64,000 bases of DNA, from the NCBI GenBank assembly GCA_951406725.2, contig OX597823.1:26846001-26910000 (forward strand), given 5' to 3'. A program made the position numbers and the translations under genes. Each line of letters begins with the position of its first letter. The first letter of the stretch is position 1. The notes below the pieces were generated by a model, which saw nothing but the letters and a program-made list of their open reading frames with translations, was not told where the DNA came from and ran no database searches. Shown here in pieces: positions 1 through 13,943 of the stretch. The DNA is from Octopus vulgaris. Taxonomy: Eukaryota.

Positions 1-1344
1 ATAATGTAAATAATGTAATGCTATCTAATCTAACAATAATACATGTATAGTAGAAGTAAGGACCTAAATCCTTCAAAGGGATGTTCGCCGGTTCAATCCA
101 AACCTAAGAATATATATAAAAATATATATTCAATATTGCTACAATAAATAAAGAAAGGAAAAGAAAATTAGAAGTGTAAATGTTACTTTATTCTAAGTTT
201 ATATAAAACGCTACAAGTCATTGCCAAGCCTAATAAATTCAAGACAAAACGAAATATAATCGTTTTGAAATCACAAATTAGGCTTTTTCTCAGGAATCCA
301 TTACAGGCATGAATGAGTTCTAGCAACGGATATAAAGACCTTTACGATAGCCCAGAAAGGAGCAAGCAATTAAAATATGATTGAAAGAAAATAACTGAAC
401 GCCAGACCGATCAAGAGCAGAAAAATATATAAATACAGGTGCGCGTTAATTCACATGACAATTCACAATTTACAAATACTTTTGCAATTACCGTCTACAG
501 AAAACAATATAGACAATCGACCTACAAATAAGTTAATGAAAAAAATAAACTATTAACTACTAAGAATTATAGAGTTAATTAAGATATTAAAAAAAACAAT
601 ATATTATCTACTAGAACATAATCAATATAATAATTCAAAGTTAATAATAGGATTTCAAAAGAAAAGAATACTGTATATTTACAAATGGCTTCCGTCAATT
701 AAAACACAGTATTTCCCCTTGCCTACAAGCAAATCAAAACAAATAAGAATATAATTGCAGAAAAATTCCTTTCATTTTAAAATATCAGATAAATCTAAAT
801 TAAAAATCCAAAATTCAAAATTCAAAACAAATTAAAAAAACTTATTTTAAAAATAATAATAATAATATAAATTAAAAAAAACTCCTTACATTACAAATTA
901 AACGAATTACAAATTACAAATTAAAATTAAAAAACGCATTACAAATTAAACGAATCTATGAAGAAATATATAAATATATATATATGTAAAACTTTTTCGA
1001 AAAATTCATAAAAATTTAGCTATAAATTATTCAAATCATAGGATTAGGAAATAAATTAAAAACAGATTATCTAATGAATATTTATATTAATTTATTAAAC
1101 TAGAATAAACATATCTAAATCTAAAAGATAACACTGCAAAAAATTTACCTAAAATACCTAACATAACATAATGGCAATGTAGAAATCAAAAAACAAATGA
1201 GAAAAGACCTACTTAAATAGTAAATACAAAGGGAAAAACTGTAATTATCAAAATCTCAATAACCGGTTAATCAAAATAAATAAAATAAAACATGCCTACA
1301 AGACCTACTTATCTAAAATTTATAAACACAAAAAAAAAATCGTC

Positions 1345-2260
1345 TTTTCGGTTTTGATTTCTTCTAGAAAATAAAATCTTCGGAACAAAGAGGACAGAAC
1401 ATATTACCAATCTTATAGGCCGGAGCTGTCCCTAAAATGTTCTATTCAATAAAGGACATTTTATTATAATCTTTCATATTCCAGTTGAAATTACTAAGAC
1501 TGGAAGAAGAAGCCCTATTTCTGTTCCTAAAGGAATGGTAAAGATTCGAAACTCTTTTTTTTATATAATTAGCCGAAGAACAAATATAAAAGTAATCATT
1601 ACACTCAGAAATGACATTAACTTGATAAACTACTTCACGTTTACAATAATTTCCAAATAAACAATGTCCTTTGTTTTGACAATCACAAAGAGAATTTCCA
1701 CCTTTACTCAAGTCTTCAACACTTGAATTGTTATTAAGTAAATAGCTACCCTCCTGATTATTACTAAAACTTAGATTCAAAACAAAACCATCACTACTAC
1801 CCTGACTAATGGAAAAATCAATAGCATTAGCTTCCACGGAATCGATCACGCTAATATTAACTGAGCTAACACGATGATAAAACAGATAATCTCTTCTCAT
1901 TAATAGAAGAAATAATCTTAAGAGACCTCGGATTTAAAATCTTATAATACCTACTTTTTTTTATTAAAATGTTTCAAAAACAATTTATAAACAGCCCCAA
2001 CTAAGTTACTTTTTAATTGTCCAGCAAAGGGAATAATATATATTCTTGTCCAAAAATAATTTAGAATGACCTAAATTATTAACCTTTTAGACTAACATCG
2101 AATAATTACTCTTTAGCACGTAATTACATTTATATTAACGGGCTATTGTAAAGGCCTTTATATTTGTTGGTAGAACTCATTCCTTCCAATAATGAATTCC
2201 TGAGGAAAAGCCTAATTTGTGATTTCAAAATGATTATATTTCGTTTTGTTTTGAATCAAT
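1345..2260 (-). mobile_element. Degenerate Penelope-like element (PLE): RT C-terminal linker and GIY-YIG endonuclease remnant
   Basis: ORF 1442-1900 has CDCQNKGHCLFGNYCKREVVYQVNV...YFYICSSANYIKKRVSNLYHSFRN...SSLSNFNWNMKD, matching the PLE CxC-x4-C linker plus GIY-YIG pattern (VVY..YIG..FK.R..H..SF..TSLS..IW.LK). Past the stop the frame reads NILGTAPAYKIGNMFCPLCSE (typical C.LC..E). Upstream reads PFAGQLKSNLVGAVYKLFLKHFNKKSRYYKILNPRSLKI. Stops and frameshifts are present. Confidence 0.75.
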
Positions 2261-2332
2261 TAGGCTTGGAAACAACTTGTAGAGTTTTAATTGAATAAAG
2301 TAATGTCAACGCTTCTAATTTTCCTCTCCTTA

Positions 2333-2354
2333 TACACACACACACACACACACA

Positions 2355-2417
<63 letters not shown>

Positions 2418-2426
2418 GTATATATC

Positions 2427-2486
<60 letters not shown>
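2333..2486. repeat. Compound (CA)n(TA)n microsatellite
   Basis: Seen directly. Confidence 0.95.
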
Positions 2487-2487
<1 letters not shown>

Positions 2488-2707
2488 ATAATTGAGGGTA
2501 AAACTAATTAGTTATTAATCAATTTCACCAAGTAGTGTTCAGTATGTAAAAGGACCATTTAAGGCGTATTCAAAATATACATTATATAATTAGGGCTTAG
2601 TAAAATAAATTACTTTGCCACATACTGAACTTTCTAGAAATAGCAGCCAAAAAGTTTTTTAGCCATTTCCATATATATATATGTATGTATATATATATAT
2701 GTATGTA

Positions 2708-2789
<82 letters not shown>

Positions 2790-2793
<4 letters not shown>

Positions 2794-4392
2794 ACATGCA
2801 ATTGAAGAATTGGACATTTCTGTTATATTTTCTCTAATTAACTGGAATACCTATGATCCGAGTTTCATCAAAGTTGCAGATGAGGGTTCTTTCCCTCTTT
2901 ACACACCCTAAACATTTTTAGTCATGACACATGTATCCCATACTACTGATTTTTATGCGGAGATTCCAAAATTCTAGTCTTATGGAACCTGTTAAAAGAA
3001 TTTTGATCCTGAACAATGAGGGTCATTGAGCTCTAAAATGTGGGAGTTAAGGCCCCTATTGGGAGTGGGTATCTTAATGTCAACCAGAAAAGTTGAGAAG
3101 CTTTTTAACTTGGTTCTTATATCTATTGTTTGAATTTCTTTGAAATAGGAGATATATGTATGTTCACTGGTTTTGTAAAAGAGAGCAAAGCTACAGGAAA
3201 CCAAAAGACGAATGATCACAATAGGAAGTCAGCTACCCTACCCTAGCCGTTACCACTCCCAATGTAGGATTCCTCACCATACAGGTCACAGGCACAGCCG
3301 TAGGATGCATTACGGATCTACAGCAATTGGAAGGGCGTGACCCAACTGAAATAAACATTAACAACTATGTGACGTGAAGGCTAAGGAGAAATGAGAGTTG
3401 GAGTTTGCAAATACACACTATACTGATACGTAACTGGACAGAATAAATTTACAATCTATGTCTTTGAATAACCAGTCACTCATCTGGGAAGGCCTTGAAA
3501 TCAATGTTACCATCTGGGGACTATGTGTGACCCAGTGATAGTAAAAAGACTCAAAGAAGGTCTGCAACCAAATAACTTTACTCAACACTTTGCAACTGAA
3601 TCAGTGGAGGCAAAGATGACTCTCATTTACTTGACAATTTATGCACCACATTGCAGAAACCGCAATCTAAGTATATCTCAAAGCAAACTGTTACACTGTT
3701 GTACTATTTAATTACAAATAATGCTCATCTTCTATGGTCGGGTAACCCTACATCTTCCAAGAGTACAAGTGTATTCGTCTTTGCTTAGATAAAATGACTA
3801 AATTGTGGGTGTTAAGTCCCCATGAGGGGGTCTTTGTAACTTCTAAGAAGATAAAACTTTAGAAATATTACTTCATTCGTGTCTAATATCTATTATTAAA
3901 TTTTCATCAACAGCCAAAATATAATAATTGTCATGGGGTTATGGCCCTTATGCATAGAATATAATTTCCAAATTTCATAAAGATCCATTCAGTACTTTTG
4001 ACCTAGTTTTGGATCATAAAGAATGACTAAAATTTGGGAGTTAAGGCCCCCATTAGGGGTCCTTAGAATGCTGATGAGAAGTGGAAACTTTGAGAATACT
4101 TCTTGATGTGTGTCAGTTACTCATGGTTGAAATTTCGTCAACATTGAAAATTTATGAATTTAGCTATCATATTGTATTATACCCACCCTTATGCATTGAA
4201 TATGAATTCCAAATATCATAAGGATCCATTCAGTAATTTTGGTCCATGAAATTGTATGACACACACAGCATTATCCTTCTCTCTAGGGTTGGATTTTGTG
4301 TTCCAAATTTCATTAGGATTGGTACAGTAGTTTTCGAATGTATAAGTAACACACGAACACACATAAATACATTGACTTTTATATAATAGATA
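2790..4392 (+). mobile_element. Non-autonomous Helitron/Helentron-like (DINE/HINE-type) repeat with internal ~220-bp duplications
   Basis: Recurring blocks (tgggagttaaggcccc at ~3040, 3805, 4035; ccaaatttcata.gatccattcagta at ~3968, 4209, 4303). It ends in acacac...ttttatataataga, as DINE/HINE-like elements do. Confidence 0.4.
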
Positions 4393-4436
4393 TGAATATG
4401 CACATATACATACATGTATGTATGTGTGTGCATGTG

Positions 4437-4494
<58 letters not shown>

Positions 4495-4734
4495 GCACAC
4501 AAAAAGATAGATTGATAGATACAACTGAGTGGGCAAACAAAAATATGAGACACTGCCTAGTGCTTTTTTTTGTATTTTGATAATCCTGGTACTTATTCTA
4601 TCAGTTTCTTCTTGAGAAACCACTAAGTTATAGGGATGTAAATGAACGAAAAGCAGTTGTGAAACAGTGATGAGGGAGAAACACAGTGACAAAGACACAA
4701 AGATACACTTACATATATAGATATATATATATAC

Positions 4735-4894
4735 GATTGATTTCTTTGAGTTTCTGTCTACGAAATTCACTCACAAGTCTTTGGTTGGTCTGAAGCTATA
4801 CCAGAAGACACATGCCAAGTCACCACACAGTGGAACTTGAACCGAGGACCATGTGTTTTGGAACCAAGTTTCTTACTAGACAACCACACCTGTA

Positions 4895-4897
<3 letters not shown>
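4735..4897 (-). mobile_element. tRNA-type SINE family A, degenerate 5' part
   Basis: Reverse-complement similarity to the full copy at 36129-36548. Confidence 0.7.
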
Positions 4898-4966
<69 letters not shown>

Positions 4967-5315
4967 AGTGTGTGTGTGTATATGTGTGTGTATAGGTGTA
5001 TATATTTATGCCTGTGTATATGTGAGATAATAATTTCACTTTAATAGTTTCAGTATTAAAGTGAAACTATTAAAGTGAGAATATCTGACATTACAATAGA
5101 GAGATGTTATTCTTTCACTTTTGACACGTAATACTGAAATAGGGGAGAAGATATGATATTGGTATGGGCTCGCACTAGGCAAGAAATTAAAACGTTTTTG
5201 GCCTATGACACTACATGGACCCTAAGTAAGGCATGTGTAAAATTTGAATGAAATTGGTTGTGTAGTGCTCAAATTTTAGGGGTTCACACAAACAGACAGA
5301 CACACATTCTCTTCT

Positions 5316-5818
<503 letters not shown>

Positions 5819-5819
5819 T

Positions 5820-6329
<510 letters not shown>

Positions 6330-6337
6330 GTATATAT

Positions 6338-8073
6338 TGACGAAACTGGCACTCTCCAAGATAATGCCAAATCCATGGCCGAGATACTGCAGAAACAATA
6401 CTGCTCTGTTTTCAGCAATCCTGATATGGCCGATCTGGGCTGTATCAGTGATGTCAACCCCCAACACACTATATCGGACATAACGTTTAGTGCCCCTGAT
6501 GTCTTAGCGGCGATAAACGAAATAAAACACAATTCAGCAGTAGGCCCCGATAGGTTCCCTGCTTGTGTCCTGAAGGTGTGTCGACACCAACTTGCATCTC
6601 CCCTTGCTAATCTGTGGAGAAACTCACTGGATGCTGGCTATATTCCAAAAAACCTTCTGTCCCAGTCTGTTGTCCCAGTTTTCAAAAAGGGAAACAAGTC
6701 CCTTGCAGTGAATTTGTCCGATCTCACTCACCTCTCATATCATCAAGGTATTTGAGAGGGTGGTGAGATCTCGAATAACCCAATTTCTGGAAAGCAACAG
6801 ACGGCTGATCTCCAACCAACATGGTTTCCGTAATGGAAGGGACTGCCTAACGCAGCTCCTGCGTCACTTTGAGGACATTTTGAGAGCTTTGGGAGAGGGC
6901 TCCAACACCGATGTCATCTACCTTGATTTCAGTAAGGCCTTCGACAGGGTCGATCACAAGATCCTATTGAAAAAACTATCCAACATTGGTGTCTCTGGAA
7001 AGTTACTGAAATGGATCAAGTGTTTCCTGACAGACAGATCTCAACATGTTGTAGTTGAAGGGGTAAAATCAAGCCCAGCCAAAGTCAGTAGTGGCGTTCC
7101 GCAAGGCACTGTGCTGGGCCCACTTCTTTTCATCATTTACATTAATGACATTAATGACATCATCAAGCACAGCAACATAAAAATCTTTGCAGATGACTCC
7201 AAGCTACAGAAGGTCATAAATGAGGCGAGTGACCGGACATGCCTTCAGTCAGATCTACTGGCTGTTATCCAATGGGCAGAAAAAAACAATATGCTGCTGA
7301 ACGAGGATAAATTTGAGCTAATCCACTTTGGAAAAGAGGATGCCCTGAAACTCCCATACTCCCTTCCTTCAGGTGAAACTCTCGCGGCGTCCAACAACAT
7401 CAGAGACTTGGGAGTAATTGTGGACAACAACGTAAGCTGGGCCACTCATATAAACACCAAAGTTGACATGGCCCGCAGAATGTGTTCCTGGATTCTCAGA
7501 ACTTTCCAGTCGAGAGATATCCACACCATTATCCTTCTCTTCTCCACTTTTGCCCGACCCCACCTTGAATACTGTTGTCCACTGTGGTCTCCCCACACAA
7601 TACAAGGTATCATAAAAGTTGAAGCACCTCAAAGGGCAATCACAAAAAAGATAGATGGCATGACAGGCCTCGACTATTGCGGTCGATTAGAAAAGCTAAA
7701 ACTCTATTCTCTCCAACGTCGTCGTGAGCGCTACATCATCTGCATGATGTGGAAAATATTCCATCAGCATTGCCCAAATGATGTTGGCATCACCTTTAAG
7801 GTACATCCAAGGCTTGGGCCCCGTGCCATCCGCCCAAAACAAAAATCGCACTCTCATCTCATAACAACAATACGGCACAATTATTTCACCTCAATTGGCC
7901 CCGCTCTCTTTAACATTACACCAAAACACATTAAAACAGAAACTGACCCTATAGGGTTCAAGAAGTCTTTGGACAGATTCCTTCAAGAAATCCCGGATAA
8001 ACCCCCTACACCCGGATATGTCTCTGTAAACAATAACTCTCTACTTGAGTGGGCCATAGTGCCCAAATTCTGA
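6338..8073 (+). pseudogene. LINE ORF2 (reverse transcriptase), 5'-truncated, one frameshift near 6714
   Basis: Motifs GPDRFP, VVPVFKKG, QHGFRNGRDCLTQLL, YLDFSKAFDRVDH, SGVPQGTVLGPLLF, FADD and LYSLQRRRERY. The NYRPISLTS motif is broken (aat ttgt ccg atc tca ctc acc). Confidence 0.92.
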
Positions 8074-8162
8074 CTTGAAAGACTTCACCAGGTGGTGCTA
8101 TTAAGTTAGACATGGCCTGGGCCAATAATGGCCGAAACCTATCAAAGTATCAAAGTATCAAA

Positions 8163-8165
<3 letters not shown>
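6338..8165 (+). mobile_element. 5'-truncated CR1-group LINE inserted in a (TA)n tract
   Basis: Contains an RT ORF, a short 3' UTR with a GGCCA-ATAA-TGGCC stem-loop, and a (TCAAAGTA)3 tail. TA tracts lie on both sides. Confidence 0.92.
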
Positions 8166-8213
<48 letters not shown>

Positions 8214-8224
8214 ATATATGTATG

Positions 8225-8812
8225 TATATAATTTAGAAAAAAACCTCTATTAAATAATGAAAGTTGTTATTCACACCATATAGAAAACATATAATATAAA
8301 AACCTCCTTTTAAAATTCAATAAAATACAAATTTAATAAATAGTAAATAGTAGTACTACTGTTGTGTCTGGGGAGAATCATTTTCTTTTTGTGCCTTATA
8401 ATTTAACACACTCACCGGTAAAATTTCCCTTTATTTCTCATTTTTATTTTCCTAAAATTTTCGTTGCGTCTTGCAACCTTTTCAGCAGTCTATTGAAAAG
8501 GTTGCAAGACGCAACGAAAATTTTAGGAAAATGAAAATAAGAAATAAGTGGAAATTTTACCGGTGAGTGTGTTAAATTTTAAGGCACAAAAAGAAAATGA
8601 CACTCCCCAGACACAACAGAATATGCTTCAACACACGAACTCATATAAAGAATCTTGCAAACCAAATCCCAAAACGAAAGTAGTACTACTATTAACTATT
8701 TATTGGTTTTGTACTTTATTGATTTTTTATCGTATATGTTTTCTATATGGTGTGAATAACATCTTTCGTTATTGAATTGTTTAATAGAGGTTTTTCTCAA
8801 AATTATATACAT
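8225..8812. repeat. Large fold-back inverted repeat
   Basis: Inner arms 8359-8484 and 8494-8619 are near-perfect reverse complements around a 9-nt loop. Outer arms ~8225-8358 and ~8680-8812 are more diverged. Confidence 0.9.
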
Positions 8813-9306
8813 ATATTATATATTGTGAAATTTGATTTAAAATTGCTAAATTGCATTTTTCCCTGTAAGTTTGGATTTATATTCCCTACTATATATATAT
8901 ATATATATATATATCTTATATATGTACATATATTAAATGAAACTGGCATGGTACATTTACATACAGAACTGAGTTTCTCGTCAGCGATTTATTCGATACT
9001 CGCCATCGTTCGTCAGTTGTTGCAAACATGTTTCACACTGAAGCAAGTAAGAATGTATGAGCTGCTGGCCGTCACTGAATCATTTGAGTAGAACAACACT
9101 TGTAGACTTGATAACATGTCTTTGCTACAAAACACTTGGTGTATGGCTGAGATGAAAATAAAATACGGATAAATTACAGGGGCGTAAACAGTTGTCAAGC
9201 GGCAGTCGGGGACAAACACAGACACAAAGACACACACACATACATAGAGGCACACATACACAGACAGATACACACTCACACACACACAAACGCACACACA
9301 AACGCG

Positions 9307-9364
<58 letters not shown>

Positions 9365-9809
9365 TATGCAACGGGCTTCTTTCAGTTTCGTTCTACCCAA
9401 TACTCTTACAAGGTTTTGGTCGACCGGGAGGTATATCACGAGACAGTGGTACTTAACCAGGTTAAAAAGTAAACTTCTTATCACACAAGCGTGCAAATTA
9501 AATGAAATGATTATAATTAAAAAATAAAAACAATGAAAATTAAAATTAAACTTGAAATTTTAAAATTGAAAGAAAAATTTAAATTAGAATATTAAAAATA
9601 GAATAAAAAATTGAATTAAAAGCAACAAATTAAAATCAAGACATTAAAATATGAAAAATTAAAAAGTTAAAAGTTAAAAGGTAAAGTTTAAAAACTGGAA
9701 ATTAAAAATGAAAAGTTTAAGAATTTAAAATTAGGAAATTAAAAAAGTGACTAAATCTTTTATCGATAGTAAGCGTGAAAAAAAGATTAAAGTTAAAGGG
9801 AAAATAAAC

Positions 9810-10206
9810 TTTTCTACTATAGGTACAAAGCCTGAAATTTTGAGGGAAAGGGTAAGTCGATTACATCATTCCCAGTACTCAACTGGTACTTAATTTATCG
9901 ATCCCGAAAGGATGAAAGGCAAAGTCGTCCTCGGCAGAATTTGAACTCAGAACTTAGCAGCAGGCGAAATACCTATTTCTTTACTACCCACAAGGGGCTA
10001 AACGCAGAAGGACAAACAAGGACAGACAAACGGATTAAGTCGATTACATCGACCCCAGTGCGTAACTGGTACTTAATTTATCAACCCCGAAAGGATGCAA
10101 GGCAAAGTCGACCTCGGCAGAATTTGAACTCAGAGCGTAACGGCAGACGAAATACGGCTACGCTTTTCGCCCGGCGTGCTAACGTTCCTGCCTGCTCGCC
10201 GCCTTA
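9810..10206 (-). mobile_element. SINE family B (Nin/Deu-like domain) with a duplicated internal module
   Basis: Reverse complement of ggcggcgagc..gttagcacgccgggcgaaa..gagttcaaattc..gcctttcatcctttcggggtcgataaattaagtacc. Confidence 0.85.
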
Positions 10207-10324
10207 ATAAAGTAAAAATAATCTAAAAATAAAAATAAAACTAGTAAATGCAAATGAAAAAGAAAGCCAAAGGTAAGAAATATTAGAAAACTGAAAACGT
10301 GAAAAAAAAAAAAAAATAAAGATA

Positions 10325-10490
10325 GGTGTAGGAGTGGCTGCGTGGTAAGTAGCTTGCTTACGAACCACATGGTTTCGGGTTCAGTCCCACTGCGTGGCAC
10401 CTTGGGCAAGTGTCTTCTACTATGGCTTCGTGCCGACCAAAGCCTTGTGAGTGGATTTGGTAGACGGAAACTGAAAGAAGCCCGTCGTAT
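10325..10490 (+). mobile_element. SINE family A 5' half (tRNA head plus CORE-like motif)
   Basis: A-box-like tggctgcgtggt and B-box-like ggttcagtccc, followed by caccttgggcaagtg (CORE-like). Confidence 0.85.
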
Positions 10491-10855
10491 ACGTGTGAGT
10501 GTATATGTGTGTGTATGTGTGCGTTAGTTATTGCCAGGTAAAGAAACAGCCATTTTTCATAGATCTGTCCTCTTCGAACCCTCCCCTTTTTCCTTCCCCT
10601 CTTTTATTTCGTAGTGTCCCCTCCTAAAGCGTACTAGATTTTGTAACGTTAGTAGAGAAGGAGTCATATTTTGTGTACTTCAGTCACACGTGCATCCATT
10701 ATATTAGTACATATCTCCACAGACTGATTAGTTAGTATGTAGCCACAAATCTCGGGAGTTGTTATGACTTAAACAAAAGACTCATATCATTTTCTTAGTG
10801 ACTGATTTGGATTTTGCAAATAAAAAAAACATGAATATATCCCATAAAACTAACA

Positions 10856-10868
10856 TCTATCGATCTAT

Positions 10869-10945
<77 letters not shown>

Positions 10946-10957
10946 CATCGATCCATC

Positions 10958-11056
<99 letters not shown>

Positions 11057-11057
11057 A

Positions 11058-11104
<47 letters not shown>

Positions 11105-11200
11105 CATCCATCCATCTATCTATCTATCTATCCATCTATCCATCTATCCATCTATCTATCTATCTATCTATCTATCTAACTATCTATCTGTCTGTCTGTG
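10856..11200. repeat. (TATC)n tetranucleotide microsatellite
   Basis: Seen directly. Confidence 0.95.
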
Positions 11201-12487
11201 ATGGTGCTTTGTATGTATTTATGTATGCATGTTTGTATGTGTGCCTTTATATAGCCCACTCTCTTCCTGATACTATCACTTCAATGATTTGTCCTTTTCC
11301 TTTCTGTTTATTTGAAATGTTTCTGGTATTTCTCTTTCAGTCACGATTTATTTCCTGCCTGTAATGTTTTCACTGTCTTTATCCCTCTTTCTTTAATTTC
11401 CTTCATCATCTTGAGTTTCTCCCTTTTTTTCAAATCTTCATTACCAGTCCTTTGCACTTTCTGTGGTTCTCCATCTACTTTCTTGATTTAAAGATTTTCT
11501 ATTCTTGGCCTGATCGCCTCAAAGTTTCGCCTTCTCTCTATTTTATACTAACACTCACGTGTTTTTCCTCCCACTTTCGTTCAATCATTCATGTTATAAT
11601 TCTCCTTTGTTTTCTAAGACACAGACACACACACACACTGACACACACACACGCAACATACAACACACACACACGCAACATACAACACACACACACGCAC
11701 ACACACACGTCTTAACAAATTTGTACGTTTATGCCAAAAGTTAGTAATTCATAATATTAAGAAATACGAGAAATCTATAGTGTTATTTATGCAACAAACC
11801 TGGTTTAATGAAGCTGAAAAAAATCAATTAGACATTTCATCTTTTATAAGTAAATTACTTGCTGCGTGTGAAAAATATATTTAACAATTACAACAAATCG
11901 CTATTGAATTATTATTATGGAAAAAAACATGATGTCTTCTATTATTCTTAGTCTTTTCCTGGACAGGAAGTAGACGGGCATTGAACTTTAGTTGAAATTC
12001 AATACTCACTAATTATATCTTCAGCGTTTGGTTTGTGCCTGGGAAGGGGAAATTGTTTATGTGTGAAGACCACATTGAAATTTACCGTCGCCCATTCAGG
12101 CCGCAGTCAATAAGTACGACAATTTACACAACAATTTCATGCCTTTTGCCAATATTATTTAATTAATAGTTGTGAACAACTAATATACAAGTCATATAAG
12201 ATCAATAATTTATTCACTTATATTCTTTTAACAATTTAATTACTTCTTTGAGGTTGCTTCAGGTCAGAAGTATTGAGAAATCAGAATCAAACATGGACGT
12301 TTCTTGTTTTAATTGGTCTTCCACATGCTTCTCTGTTATATTTGCCCTTAACGTTGTTATATGTGTTCTTAATGTATTCTTGATTTGTGTCAAATATGGG
12401 ACGGTGGATTCACATCATTATGTTACAGGAAAGCACAAAACCAGTGAGAAACAATGTCCGCGAAGGCGAGGGTATTCTACGCATCCA

Positions 12488-12722
12488 AAGGCGGCGAGCT
12501 GGCAGAATCGTTAGCACGCCGGGCGAAATGCGTGGCCGTATTTCGTCTGCCGTTACATTCTGAGTTCAAATTCCGCCGAGGTCGACTTTGCCTTTCATCC
12601 TTTCGGGGTCGATTAAATAAGTACCAGTTACGCACTGGGGTCGATGTAATCGACTTAATACCTATGTCTGTCCTTGTTTGTCCCCTCTGTGTTTAGCCCC
12701 TTGTGGGTAGTAAAGAAATGGG
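12488..12722 (+). mobile_element. SINE family B copy
   Basis: Near-identical to the copies at 41155, 55005 and 63612(-). Confidence 0.88.
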
Positions 12723-13556
12723 TATTCTACGCATCTTTTTTCCAAATTGAAACATGGTTTTCCTTACTAACACAGATGTGAAGTTATTAACTTCAGACAA
12801 CTTAACCAGCTCTTTAGTTCATAAATCAAATAAATGAGGTTGAAACATTTGATTAGAGTGATATCAGGCTTTTCAAAGTAATTTAATATTCTAGTGTATT
12901 TGATTAAGAATCTAAAATTGGTTCGAATTTTCGAAAGATTCACAAATATATATTTCATCTACATGAATTATTTTGTGAAAGTATCCCTCTGAAAGTTTCA
13001 ACTCAGCCAAATCGGATTTGAAAAACAAATTCTTTATAAATTCCAAGATTTTTTTAAACAGATACCATGTCTAGTATTATGCCCTTACAATGAAATATTA
13101 CACTCAGTTTATTGTCAGATTCTATAACACACAGACACAGTGTTTCGCTGATAATTGACAATACTGACTGTTTTCTTTAAAGAGTTTTATTTTCTCCCGT
13201 AAAGAAAAAATTGACTAATACTTGTCCTTGTGGTAAGTAGCACACTTCCAAATGATAAGAGAAATCTATACTAGTTATCTAATCATCTATCATATGTGAT
13301 CTTGTAGAATTTGCTCCAATAGGGTTCACAGCATCTATAAGGATTTTGCAAAGTGTAATTTAAAAAAAAAACAGACAAAAAACACAGCCTTAGCACAGAT
13401 TTTGTTGATGCAAAAATGTAATGTAAAATATATAAGTCCACTTGGGTTAGTTAGTCCAGCATCATCTGGACACATAAACTTACCGAATAAGTCCTAATTC
13501 CTGACATCTTTAAAGTCGCTAAAAGTAAATAAATCACCTTTTTCCTTTTCATCACA

Positions 13557-13943
13557 GGATGAAACTCTTGTGGCAATGTGGAAGCTTGTTTGCCTTAATG
13601 ACCCTGAGAACTATGCCAGTTCCTACTAGAGCTTCCAATGCCGGACACCAAAGAATAGAGGCCAGATTAATACAAACCACCTCTCCTCAGAGGTGAAGAT
13701 AGGTTTGTGTAGGAGTTACATCCTACATAAAAAAGGTAATGTTACAAAAGTATCCATGGCAAATGACAACCCATAAGATCCGAGAAAGGAAGACCTTGTG
13801 CAGTTCAGAAAATTTTGAAAGGAAACTGCAAAGCGCACTCCTCTTATGACGATTTAGAGGACGGACTGGAGTCAAGAACATGGAGAAAAGTCGTCGATGA
13901 TTTATACATGGGCTCCATAGAACGTGGAAGGCTCAAGTAAGTA
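13557..13943 (+). mobile_element. Possible internally deleted RTE derivative (5' UTR-like part joined to a 3' end)
   Basis: The start resembles an RTE 5' region (ggatgaaactct..gaccctgagaactatgcc). The end reads WRKVVDDL and closes with a ctcaagtaagta tail. Confidence 0.4.

Noticed and set aside
13535-13700. Apparent splice acceptor (ttttccttttcatcacag|G) suggesting a host exon
   Set aside because: The downstream sequence resembles an RTE-derived repeat and has no sustained reading frame.
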